Of a stretch of DNA of 38,539 bases, positions 19,674-28,064 are shown piece after piece. The position numbers and the translations under genes were made by a program. Within the stretch, counting starts at the first letter, position 1. Each line of letters opens with the position of its first letter. The DNA comes from an uncultured Prevotella sp. (GTDB lineage: Bacteria > Bacteroidota > Bacteroidia > Bacteroidales > Bacteroidaceae): NCBI GenBank assembly GCA_939792625.1, contig CALNFG010000001.1, positions 1-38,539 on the forward strand, given 5' to 3'. The notes beneath the pieces were generated by a model. It saw nothing but the letters and a program-made list of their open reading frames with translations, made no database searches and was not told the DNA's origin.

Positions 19674-20684
19674 TTATTTGTCAAGTCCTATGAGCCATGC
19701 CGGATTGCGTCGTACCAGCAGGTCGATGTCGCCCTGCGGCATGCCTTCAGCCTGAAGTTTCAGTATGCAGTCACGCATGCCCTCCACGGGGTGCGGCATG
19801 ACGGCCTGTCCCAAATCAGTGGATATAAAGCTGCGCGACGGGTCTATGCGGGCAAATGCGGCAAAGTCGGCCATGCTCTGCCGCTCGTATTGCGGCATCT
19901 TCGAGCCTTCGCCCCAAAGACATGGCAGGTAGCAGTACTCTATGTAGGCACCCTGATCCATGCAGAGCTTTATCTGGTCGGCTGTCATTGTCCAGATAAA
20001 AGAGTTGGCGTGAGTAACGACAACCCTCTTCACGCCCACCTCGCGGGCCTTGCGCACAAGGGCTATGCTCTCTTCCGGCGACGAATGTCCCGTGGCAAAG
20101 ATGATGTCGGCACCGGCACATATCTCCATCACCTTTACCACTTCGGGCAGCACTCGCCCGTTGTCATCGGTCACGGGTATGCCCTGCTCCCTGCGCTTCT
20201 CGTACCGATACTGGTAAACGGCATCAAGCGTGGGCATCCAGATGCAGCGGCACAGCCCGCCGCTCGTCTCAACCGCCTTCTGTGCGGCAAAGGCATTTAC
20301 CCTGTCGCCATGCACTCTGTTCATGCAGAAACTGCCGAAACACGGTGCGTCGGGCAAAGCCTGCCTCACGATGTAGGCGCGGTCGTGACAGCTGAAGTCG
20401 TTCGACTTGAACATAACGCCACGGTAACCGGCACGCACGGCGTCTTTCATGAAACCGTATTCGTCGACCGACCGCTCCCGCGAATCCGGCCGGCAGTGCA
20501 GATGAATGTCGCACACGCCACGCAGCAGGGCGTCGCCTGCGGCGGCTTTGCCTTCGTCTTTATCCTGTATCGACAACACTCCGGCGGCACTGACGGGCAT
20601 TGCCGCATGAGCGAGCAGCGCCCCTCCGGTAAGCACGGAACTCTTGATGAAGTTCCTGCGGTTTATCTTAACGTTATCTTTCAC
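19674..20684 (-). CDS. DUF6282-like TIM-barrel metal-dependent hydrolase with twin-arginine signal
   Basis: INRRNFIK signal; DIHLHCRPD, CIWMPT, ATGH, VVTHA, STDLGQ..PHPVEG; GTG start. Confidence 0.78.
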   Translation of the reverse strand: MKDNVKINRRNFIKSSVLTGGALLAHAAMPVSAAGVLSIQDKDEGKAAAGDALLRGVCDIHLHCRPDSRERSVDEYGFMKDAVRAGYRGVMFKSNDFSCHDRAYIVRQALPDAPCFGSFCMNRVHGDRVNAFAAQKAVETSGGLCRCIWMPTLDAVYQYRYEKRREQGIPVTDDNGRVLPEVVKVMEICAGADIIFATGHSSPEESIALVRKAREVGVKRVVVTHANSFIWTMTADQIKLCMDQGAYIEYCYLPCLWGEGSKMPQYERQSMADFAAFARIDPSRSFISTDLGQAVMPHPVEGMRDCILKLQAEGMPQGDIDLLVRRNPAWLIGLDK

Positions 20685-20699
20685 GGTTTTTGTTTTTTC

Positions 20700-20815
20700 T
20701 GCAAAAGTAATCTCTTTGCCGCCTAAGACTTATAACATATTTACTGACATTTTTAACTCATTTACTGATTGTGCCGCCACACGGATACAACTTGTCATGA
20801 AAATACTTATTTTTG
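20700..20815. promoter_or_regulatory. Divergent promoter with tandem TAAC-NN-ATTTACTGA operator, copy 2
   Basis: Minus-strand TACTTTTGCA at 20700-20709; repeats at 20733 and 20754; plus-strand TATTTTTG at 20808 for the AraC gene. Confidence 0.75.
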
Positions 20816-20844
20816 CCACGTATTTAACTGCAAAAAACAAAGAC

Positions 20845-21753
20845 ATGACCGAAGATATGATAATAATGAACACGGTCGACGACTACAACAGGCTGTTCGG
20901 GTTAGAGACACTTCATCCGCTGGTCAACGTCATCGACCTGTCTGAAGCAACAAGATTCCCCGTCCGCTTCACGATAAACTACGGCATATACGCACTCTTC
21001 CTGAAAGACACAAAGTGCGGCGACATACGCTACGGACGGCAAACCTACGATTACCGTGAGGGAACGATTATCAGCTTCGCACCGGGACAGGTGGCCGAAA
21101 CGGAGATGCTCGGGGGCATAAAGCCGACGGCACGCGGCATAGTGTTTCACCCCGACCTTATTAAGGGTACTTCGCTCGGACAGGAAATCAAGACTTACTC
21201 CTTCTTCTCGTATAACTCCACGGAGGCGCTGCACCTTTCGGACGAAGAAAAGAGAATCATTCTCGACTGTCTGGCCAAAACCAGAATGGAGCTTGAACAC
21301 CCGATAGACAAACTGAGCAAACGGCTCATCGCAAGAAACATACAGCTGCTGCTGGACTACTGCATGCGCTTCTACAACCGCCAGTTCACCACCCGCGAGA
21401 AATCCAACAAGGACGTGCTGACCAGATTTGAGACCCTGCTCGACGGCTATTACCCCGGCGGCCACTCGCACACCGACGGACTGCCCACGGTCAGATATTT
21501 TGCCGACAAGGTGTGTCTCTCGCCCAATTACTTCGGCGACCTTGTGAAAAAAGAAACCGGAAAAAGTCCTCAGGAATACATCCAAAACAAAATCATAGAC
21601 ACGGCAAAAGACATGCTGGCAGACACAGAGATGACAGTAAACCAGATAGCCGACGAGCTTGGCTTTCAGTACTCGCAGCATTTCAACCGCGTGTTCAAAA
21701 AAATCACCGGACGTACTCCGGGTGAATACAGACGGGAATATGAAGCAAGATGA
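20845..21753 (+). CDS. AraC family transcriptional regulator
   Basis: TLHPLVNVIDL, YGRQTYDY.EGT, FHPDLI.GTSLG, LPTVRYFA..LSPNYFGDL, LGFQYSQHFNRVFKK. Confidence 0.93.
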   Translation: MTEDMIIMNTVDDYNRLFGLETLHPLVNVIDLSEATRFPVRFTINYGIYALFLKDTKCGDIRYGRQTYDYREGTIISFAPGQVAETEMLGGIKPTARGIVFHPDLIKGTSLGQEIKTYSFFSYNSTEALHLSDEEKRIILDCLAKTRMELEHPIDKLSKRLIARNIQLLLDYCMRFYNRQFTTREKSNKDVLTRFETLLDGYYPGGHSHTDGLPTVRYFADKVCLSPNYFGDLVKKETGKSPQEYIQNKIIDTAKDMLADTEMTVNQIADELGFQYSQHFNRVFKKITGRTPGEYRREYEAR

Positions 21754-21811
21754 CGGCCCGGACCTGCAGCGCAAATCTGCCTGACAAGCCTGCGGGAAGA
21801 CATCCGCAACG

Positions 21812-21996
21812 TATCAAAAATCAAAGTCAGGCAAAAAGGTGTGCAAAAGCTAAGGTTTCAGCAGCCAAAAGGTAACCTTTAAGCCGCCAAAACACGGTCT
21901 TTCGGCGGCTTAAAGACAAGGTATTGCGGCACGCCTGATTATCAGGCAGTTACACACACGCAGAAAAGCCGCACGGGAATATCAAAAATCAAAGTC
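21812..21996. repeat. Dispersed phased 22-bp element, copy B, bracketed by 17-bp direct repeats
   Basis: Units at 21845, 21867, 21889, 21911; CTGATTATCAGGCAGTTAC at 21935; TATCAAAAATCAAAGTC at 21812 and 21980. Confidence 0.8.
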
Positions 21997-22056
21997 CTGA
22001 CAGGCCATTCCATGTATTGCCCCATGAGAACGCACACAGACAGGATGACGTAAAAC

Positions 22057-22088
22057 TCAGGCTGCACCGCTCTTCCGGTGCAGCCTGA
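22057..22088. terminator. Rho-independent terminator (probably for the 22946-22104 gene)
   Basis: TCAGGCTGCACCG-CTCTTC-CGGTGCAGCCTGA 13-bp perfect stem. Confidence 0.8.
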
Positions 22089-22103
22089 AAACGTCTTGAA
22101 GAA

Positions 22104-22946
22104 TCATTTGTACAATGCTGCGGCAAGATTGTCAAGTCCCGCCTCACCGGGCAGACCGGGATATGCCTGCTTCATGGCGGCGACAAACGCCTGTGCCGTG
22201 GCATTGGCGTTAAGCAGCTCTTTCATCTTTTTCAGATAAGCGATCTTAAACTCAACGGCATCACGCCCTGCCGCTCCGCCGTGGCCGCCGATAAAAAGCA
22301 CGGCCCCTGTGCCGACTGACTTCTCGGCCTCGGCTATCTCGGCATCGATTGCGGCGCGGGATGATATCTGCAGATTACTTACGTGCGAGGCGGCAGGAGT
22401 CCAGTGGGTGTAATACACCTTATCGCCAATAAGAATGCTGGCGCCGGGAAAATCTGACGCGGCACCGTGGCGGAACTCAAACGGCACGCCCGCCCACGTC
22501 TGTGTGGAGCCGAACGCCACCTCGGAAACATTTCCCGTAGGCATATCGGTCAAAGCGTCGCCGAACATCTTGCCGAAACCCTGCATCATGCCGCCGTACA
22601 CCTCGCCTTTGGTAAATGCTGGCATGCCCTCGGCCATAACGATGTCGTGGCTGCCTGTTCCGCCAACGTGATAGTCGGTGATACGCTTCTCCACGGGCTT
22701 GCCCAACTTTGAAAGATACTCGTCAAATTCGGCCACATTGTCTTTAAACAACGGCTGCTCCATAGTAACGAGGGCGTCTCTGCCCTCTATGATGTAACTC
22801 GCATCGCCCAACGCATCGTTGGTGTAATACACATGCAGCTTGAAGCTGCCGAGGTCGTGTACCTCAAAACGTCCTTTCGTCTGTGCCATAACCATAATTG
22901 TAAACAGATTAAACAAAATAAATAATACATTCTTTTTCATATTCAT
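22104..22946 (-). CDS. Secreted hypothetical protein, degenerate metallo-beta-lactamase-like fold
   Basis: Signal ending VMA-Q; SYIIEG..LVTME, ITDYHVGG, IGGHG, AYLKKMK...MKQAYPGL pattern recalls MBL-fold proteins but lacks HxHxDH. Confidence 0.55.
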   Translation of the reverse strand: MNMKKNVLFILFNLFTIMVMAQTKGRFEVHDLGSFKLHVYYTNDALGDASYIIEGRDALVTMEQPLFKDNVAEFDEYLSKLGKPVEKRITDYHVGGTGSHDIVMAEGMPAFTKGEVYGGMMQGFGKMFGDALTDMPTGNVSEVAFGSTQTWAGVPFEFRHGAASDFPGASILIGDKVYYTHWTPAASHVSNLQISSRAAIDAEIAEAEKSVGTGAVLFIGGHGGAAGRDAVEFKIAYLKKMKELLNANATAQAFVAAMKQAYPGLPGEAGLDNLAAALYK

Positions 22947-23034
22947 ACGATTTTAATCATTAAACAGTTCCTATATATAAAAGTTCATTCATCTCTTTCA
23001 CACCGCAAAATTAGCAATACTTTTCCTACCGCGC

Positions 23035-23077
23035 AAGTAGGTACCTGAGCATCAGATAGTTACGTTTCGGTTACTAT
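23035..23077. promoter_or_regulatory. Putative HxlR-family operator in divergent promoter
   Basis: Imperfect palindrome ATAGTTAC-GTTTCG-GTTACTAT plus adjacent AAGTAGGTAC half-site, between the minus-strand -7 (near 23005-23013) and the plus-strand TACTTTTG (near 23149). Confidence 0.5.
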
Positions 23078-23182
23078 TGCTGTGTATAAATAACTTACAA
23101 ATCAAACTTTTTTAAAAAAAGTTTTTTGCTGCTTTAATGAAATTTGCTTACTTTTGTAAACCGATATAAAACTGCATGTATC

Positions 23183-23572
23183 ATGGAAAGAAAAACAATA
23201 GAAAACGGGCTGTTCCCCCAATGCCCGATCAGGAACATACTGGCACGCATAAGCGACAAATGGTCGCTGCTGGTAATCTACACGCTCGACAAGACCAACA
23301 AGCCGACAACAAGATTTAAGGAACTGCAGCGCGAAATACCGGACATATCGCAAAAGATGCTTACCGTCACGCTGCGCACGCTCGAAGAAGACGGATACGT
23401 GACGCGGACGGTGTACCCCGAAGTTCCGCCGCGCGTGGAATACGCACTGACCGAACGGGCCAAATCACTGCAACCGCTCATCAACGCCCTGATAAAATGG
23501 GCAGAAGAGAACATGGAAGGGATAATAAAAGACAGAAAGAAAGCCGTCCGCCGCCGACAGAACGCCACGTAA
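23183..23572 (+). CDS. HxlR-family winged-helix transcriptional regulator
   Basis: CPIRNILARISDKWS, RFKEL..ISQKMLT..LRTLE.DG, YPEVPPRVEYALT; conserved N-terminal Cys. Confidence 0.93.
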   Translation: MERKTIENGLFPQCPIRNILARISDKWSLLVIYTLDKTNKPTTRFKELQREIPDISQKMLTVTLRTLEEDGYVTRTVYPEVPPRVEYALTERAKSLQPLINALIKWAEENMEGIIKDRKKAVRRRQNAT

Positions 23573-23627
23573 ACAGCCACCACAACAGCACGAACGAAAC
23601 AGCATGAAGAAAGGATATAAAAATAAA

Positions 23628-23652
23628 AAGGCGTCAGATTGACTGACGCCTT
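23628..23652 (-). terminator. Terminator downstream of tRNA-Gln
   Basis: AAGGCGTCAG-ATTGA-CTGACGCCTT stem followed by a T-run on the minus strand. Confidence 0.75.
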
Positions 23653-23662
23653 GTGTTCTTTG

Positions 23663-23733
23663 TTGGGATACCCGGATTCGAACCAGGAATGACAGGACCA
23701 GAATCTGTAGTGTTACCATTACACCATATCCCA
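23663..23733 (-). tRNA. tRNA-Gln(CTG)
   Basis: TGGGATA/TATCCCA acceptor stem, D-loop TAATGGTA, anticodon loop TTCTGGT, T-loop GGTTCGAATCC; CCA not encoded; upstream TACCTTTG promoter. Confidence 0.96.
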
Positions 23734-23975
23734 ATGTTTTCTCAGCATGTTATTGCTGTTTTGCGAGTGCAAAGGTACGCATTTTTTTTTTACTTGCAAC
23801 ATTTTTCCCAACTTTTTTCTAAAAAATCTCAAAATAATATGGTTTTATCATGGTTTTACGATAAATCAATGTACCTTTGCAAAGAAGAAAGGCATAAAAT
23901 GTGTGATGCGGATGCAACGCAGCATCACTGTCATGCAAGCCAATATTTTGACATTAACAACACTTTATTTTCTTA

Positions 23976-24335
23976 ATGGAACAAGTAAAAAAATTAGTTG
24001 AGACAATAACAAAAGGTATCCAAGAAAAAAAGGGCTCAAACATTACCATCGCTGACTTGAGCGGCATAGAAGGCTCCATTTGCCATTATTTTATCATTTG
24101 TCAGGGCAATTCTCCGTCGCAGGTAGAGGCCATAACTGATTCTGTTGAAGAAACAGCACGCACAGGTGCCGGAGAAAAACCCGTGCATGTAGTCGGACTG
24201 ACCAACGCACAGTGGGTGGCAATGGACTATACCGACGTCATGGTACACATATTCCTGCCTGAGACAAGGGCCTATTACAATCTCGAAAATCTGTGGGAAG
24301 ACGCCAAGCTGACAAGGCTGCCGGACATCGACTGA
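23976..24335 (+). CDS. rsfS: Ribosome silencing factor
   Basis: GIQEKKG, YFIICQGNS..QV.AI, WVAMDY.DVMVHIF..R.YYNLE.LW. Confidence 0.95.
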   Translation: MEQVKKLVETITKGIQEKKGSNITIADLSGIEGSICHYFIICQGNSPSQVEAITDSVEETARTGAGEKPVHVVGLTNAQWVAMDYTDVMVHIFLPETRAYYNLENLWEDAKLTRLPDID

Positions 24336-24413
24336 CAACAGGCACAACCTGAACGGGAAACAATATATAATATAAGGTTGTAACTTTTTTACAACAAAAC
24401 AACAACGGAGAAC

Positions 24414-26442
24414 ATGGAACAAGATAAAAACACGAAGAAGCCTAAATTCAGCATGAACTGGATTTACATGCTTGTGCTGTTCGGCCTTATCGGAATGTAC
24501 CTGCTCGGAGGCGACTCCGTGGGCAGTGCCAGCAAGAAGGTTTCTTACGATGAATTTAAGACTTTCGTCAATAAGGGGTATGCTTCGGAAATTGTGATAA
24601 ACAAGGACGAAAGCACCCTGAAGATGTATGTCAACCCCAAGAACATACGCGACGTATTCAAGCAGGGCGCCAACAACACAGGCAAGAATCCGTTTGTCAC
24701 AACCGAATTCGGCAGCGTAGACAAGGTGGAAACCTTTGTGGAAGCCGAGAAAAAAGCAGGAAAGTTCAAAGGAGAACTTAACTACGAGAACAAGCGGGGC
24801 AACGACCTCTTCAACATTCTGCTCTCATTCGGTCCCATATTGCTGCTGTTCTTCCTTTGGATGTACCTGATGCGGCGCATGAGTGGAGGAGGCGGAGGCG
24901 GAGCCGGCGGCGTGTTCAACGTCGGCAAGAGCAAAGCCAAAATGTATGAGAAAGGGGGCCGACATAAACATCACCTTTAAAGACGTGGCCGGACAGGCAG
25001 GAGCAAAACAAGAGGTGGAAGAAATTGTCGAGTTTCTGAAAAACCCCAAGAAATACACAGATTTGGGTGGAAAGATTCCGAAAGGAGCGCTTCTTGTTGG
25101 TCCTCCGGGTACAGGTAAGACTCTGCTGGCAAAAGCCGTTGCCGGTGAAGCAGGCGTACCGTTCTTCTCCATGAGCGGCTCAGACTTTGTCGAGATGTTC
25201 GTCGGTGTGGGCGCAAGCCGCGTGCGCGACCTGTTCCGCCAGGCAAAAGAGAAGTCGCCGTGCATAATATTTATCGACGAGATTGACGCCGTAGGCCGCG
25301 CCCGCAGCAAAAATCCGGCCATGGGCGGCAACGACGAACGCGAGAACACGCTCAACGCACTGCTGACGGAAATGGACGGCTTCGGCACAAACAGCGGCGT
25401 CATAATACTGGCCGCCACCAACCGTGCCGACATGCTGGACTCGGCTCTGCTACGCGCCGGACGTTTTGACCGGCAGATAAATGTCGACCTGCCCGACCTT
25501 AACGAGCGCAAGGAGATATTTGAAGTTCACCTGAAACCGGTGAAGATTGACGAAACCGTGGACGTTGACCTTCTGGCACGTCAGACCCCGGGATTCTCAG
25601 GAGCAGATATTGCCAACGTGTGCAACGAAGCGGCCCTCATAGCCGCACGCCATGACAAGACGCACGTAGGAAGGCAAGATTTTCTTGACGCCGTTGACCG
25701 AATCATAGGCGGACTGGAGAAAAAGACTAAGGTCATGACCGAAGGCGAACGCCGCACGATAGCTCTGCACGAGGCAGGACACGCTACAATATCATGGTTC
25801 CTGGAGCATGCCAACCCGCTGGTAAAGGTGTCAATCGTGCCGCGAGGCCGCGCACTGGGTGCCGCATGGTACATGCCCGAAGAGCGGCAGATAACGACGA
25901 AAGAAGAAATGCTCGACGAAATGTGCGCCACGCTCGGCGGACGCGCTGCCGAGGAGCTGTTCACAGGCCATATATCGACAGGCGCAATGAACGACCTCGA
26001 ACGGGTGACAAAGAGCGCTTACGGCATGATAGCATACGCAGGAATGAGCGAGAAGCTGCCCAACATCTGCTATTACAACAACAATGAGTATAACTTCCAG
26101 AAACCGTATTCGGAAACAACGGCCAAGATAATGGACGACGAAGTTCTGAAGATGATAAACGAACAGTATGAACGGGCCAAGAATCTGCTGCTCGAACACA
26201 AGGAAGGACACAACAAGCTGGCCAACCTACTGCTCGAACGCGAAGTCATCTTTGCAGAAGACGTTGAAAAAATATTCGGCAAACGTCCGTGGGTAAGCCG
26301 CTCGGAAGAAATCATGGAAAGCGAAAACGGCGACAACGCAAAAGACAAAGATAAAACCGACGAGCCGGCAAGTCTTGTCGCTGATGAAGGCGACAAGGCG
26401 GATGTAAGCACCAGCGATGAAAATACGGAAGAAAAGAATTAA
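24414..26442 (+). pseudogene. ftsH: ATP-dependent zinc metalloprotease FtsH, frameshifted by one extra base near 24954-24960
   Basis: 24414 frame carries two TMs and [13 protein letters not shown]; second frame continues [37 protein letters not shown]; junction AAAGGGGGCCGAC. May be an assembly error rather than a real pseudogene. Confidence 0.9.
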
Positions 26443-26451
26443 TACATCCCG

Positions 26452-26525
26452 AAAGAGGTTACAGAAGTTAAAGACCGACACTTTGCATCTCATATACAAG
26501 AGTCTTTAACAACTGTGACCTCTTT
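26452..26525. repeat. Imperfect inverted repeat with 9-bp subunits between ftsH and cdsA
   Basis: AAAGAGGTTACAGAAGTTAAAGAC ... GTCTTTAACAACTGTGACCTCTTT. Confidence 0.65.
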
Positions 26526-26553
26526 AACTTATTTGCAAAAAACACAAACAATT

Positions 26554-27405
26554 ATGAAAAACCTTATAGTAAGAAGCATTACCGGCATTTTCTTTGTGGC
26601 TGCCATTGTGGTATGTTTCATGAAACCGGTGGCAATGGAATTTCTTTTCGCCCTCGTAACCGGACTTACAATCTGGGAATATTGCGGACTTGTGAACAAT
26701 GTGAAAGGCGTACAGGTAAACCGCTTCATCAGCACCATCGCTGGCGTTTACTTCTTCCTTGCCGTCGGTGGATTCTGCAGCGGCATTGTACCAAGCGGCG
26801 CCGTGTTCATACCTTATCTGCTTACGCTGATTTATCTGTTTATCAGCGAACTTTATGCCAAAACCGAAAATGCAATTAACGACTGGGCGTACACCATGCT
26901 CGGACAGATGTATATCGCCCTGCCATTCTCAACAATCAACGTGCTGGCCTTCAATGCCACACCCGACGGCAACATAACGTTCAATCACCTGATTCCACTC
27001 TGCGTGTTCATCTTTCTCTGGGCAAATGACACCGGTGCCTACTGCACCGGCTCACTTCTGGGCAGACACAAACTGTTTCCGCGCATATCGCCGGGAAAGA
27101 GCTGGGAAGGCTCAATAGGCGGAGCCGTAATAGTAATGGCCGTGGCCTACGGCATAGGGAGCTATGAAAGCGGTCTTGACACGCAAACCGGGCTGTCCGT
27201 GATACAATGGATCGGACTGGGACTCGTGGTTGTGGTGTTCGGCACATGGGGCGACCTTGTCGAATCACTGTTCAAGCGTACGCTCGGAATCAAGGACAGC
27301 GGAAACATACTGCCAGGTCACGGAGGCATGCTCGACCGCTTCGACTCTTCACTCATGGCCATGCCCGCTGCCGTGGTGTATCTGTATTCGCTCACTTTGT
27401 TCTGA
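26554..27405 (+). CDS. cdsA: Phosphatidate cytidylyltransferase
   Basis: WANDTGAY..G, ISPGKSWEG, GDLVESLFKR..GIKDSG.ILPGHGG.LDRFDS. Confidence 0.96.
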   Translation: MKNLIVRSITGIFFVAAIVVCFMKPVAMEFLFALVTGLTIWEYCGLVNNVKGVQVNRFISTIAGVYFFLAVGGFCSGIVPSGAVFIPYLLTLIYLFISELYAKTENAINDWAYTMLGQMYIALPFSTINVLAFNATPDGNITFNHLIPLCVFIFLWANDTGAYCTGSLLGRHKLFPRISPGKSWEGSIGGAVIVMAVAYGIGSYESGLDTQTGLSVIQWIGLGLVVVVFGTWGDLVESLFKRTLGIKDSGNILPGHGGMLDRFDSSLMAMPAAVVYLYSLTLF

Positions 27406-27452
27406 AACAAGAACTGAGCGGCGACACTGAAAAAACATAAAAACGCATAAAG

Positions 27453-27866
27453 ATGATACAGCAAACAACATTCCGCCTGACGGAAAGACGGCGGGGATGC
27501 CATCTGATTACGCACGAAATAACAGAACACCTGCCCGGGCCGTTGCCGCAGACCGGCATGCTGAACCTGTTTGTGCAACATACGTCCTGCGCACTGACTA
27601 TCAACGAAAATGCCGACCCTGACGTGCGCAGCGACATGGAAAAGATATTAAACCGCATGGTAAAAGAGAACGAGCCTTATTACGACCACACCCTCGAAGG
27701 CTCTGATGACATGCCGGCACACGCAAAAAGCTCGCTTTTCGGAGTCAGCCTCACCATACCGATAACCGACGGCCGGCTCAACCTCGGCACGTGGCAGGGC
27801 ATATATCTATGCGAGTTCCGCAACCACGGCGGAGCAAGAAAGATTGTGGCTACAATATACAGCTAA
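27453..27866 (+). CDS. yjbQ: YjbQ/UPF0047 family protein
   Basis: HTSCALTINENADPDV, H..EG.DDMPAH.KSS, LGTWQGIYLCEFR. Confidence 0.93.
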   Translation: MIQQTTFRLTERRRGCHLITHEITEHLPGPLPQTGMLNLFVQHTSCALTINENADPDVRSDMEKILNRMVKENEPYYDHTLEGSDDMPAHAKSSLFGVSLTIPITDGRLNLGTWQGIYLCEFRNHGGARKIVATIYS

Positions 27867-27944
27867 ACGGCACAGCAAAAAATAAATGCAGACGGGTTTG
27901 CCGGCAAGCAGGATGCCTGCAATAAAAGCCGGGCCGTTTTGCAC

Positions 27945-28052
27945 CTGATTATCAAACACTTAGCAAGAGGTCATGTTTTAGCCTCCAAAAGCTTACCTTT
28001 TACCGACCGAAAGGTAAGCTTTTGGAGGCTAAAACATGACCTCTTGCATCAC
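27945..28052. repeat. Dispersed phased 22-bp element, copy C (perfect 38-bp inverted repeat)
   Basis: CTGATTATCAAACACTTAG, then units at 27965, 27987, 28009, 28031; arms 27963-28000 and 28010-28047 are exact reverse complements. Confidence 0.9.
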
Positions 28053-28064
28053 AATGAAAAAACG

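Noticed and set aside
19530..20726. 398-aa plus-strand ORF and other long antisense ORFs (1399-2175, 18422-19276, 20902-21774, 27939-28802)
   Set aside because: Shadows of well-supported genes on the opposite strand, with no recognisable motifs
23465..24001. Small ORFs around the tRNA
   Set aside because: They overlap tRNA-Gln and its AT-rich divergent promoter; not protein-like
24883..24960. Independent start for a soluble FtsH, or a canonical -1 programmed frameshift
   Set aside because: The upstream part of this ORF is off-frame translation of the Gly-rich linker; repair needs a +1 shift and no X XXY YYZ heptamer is in frame
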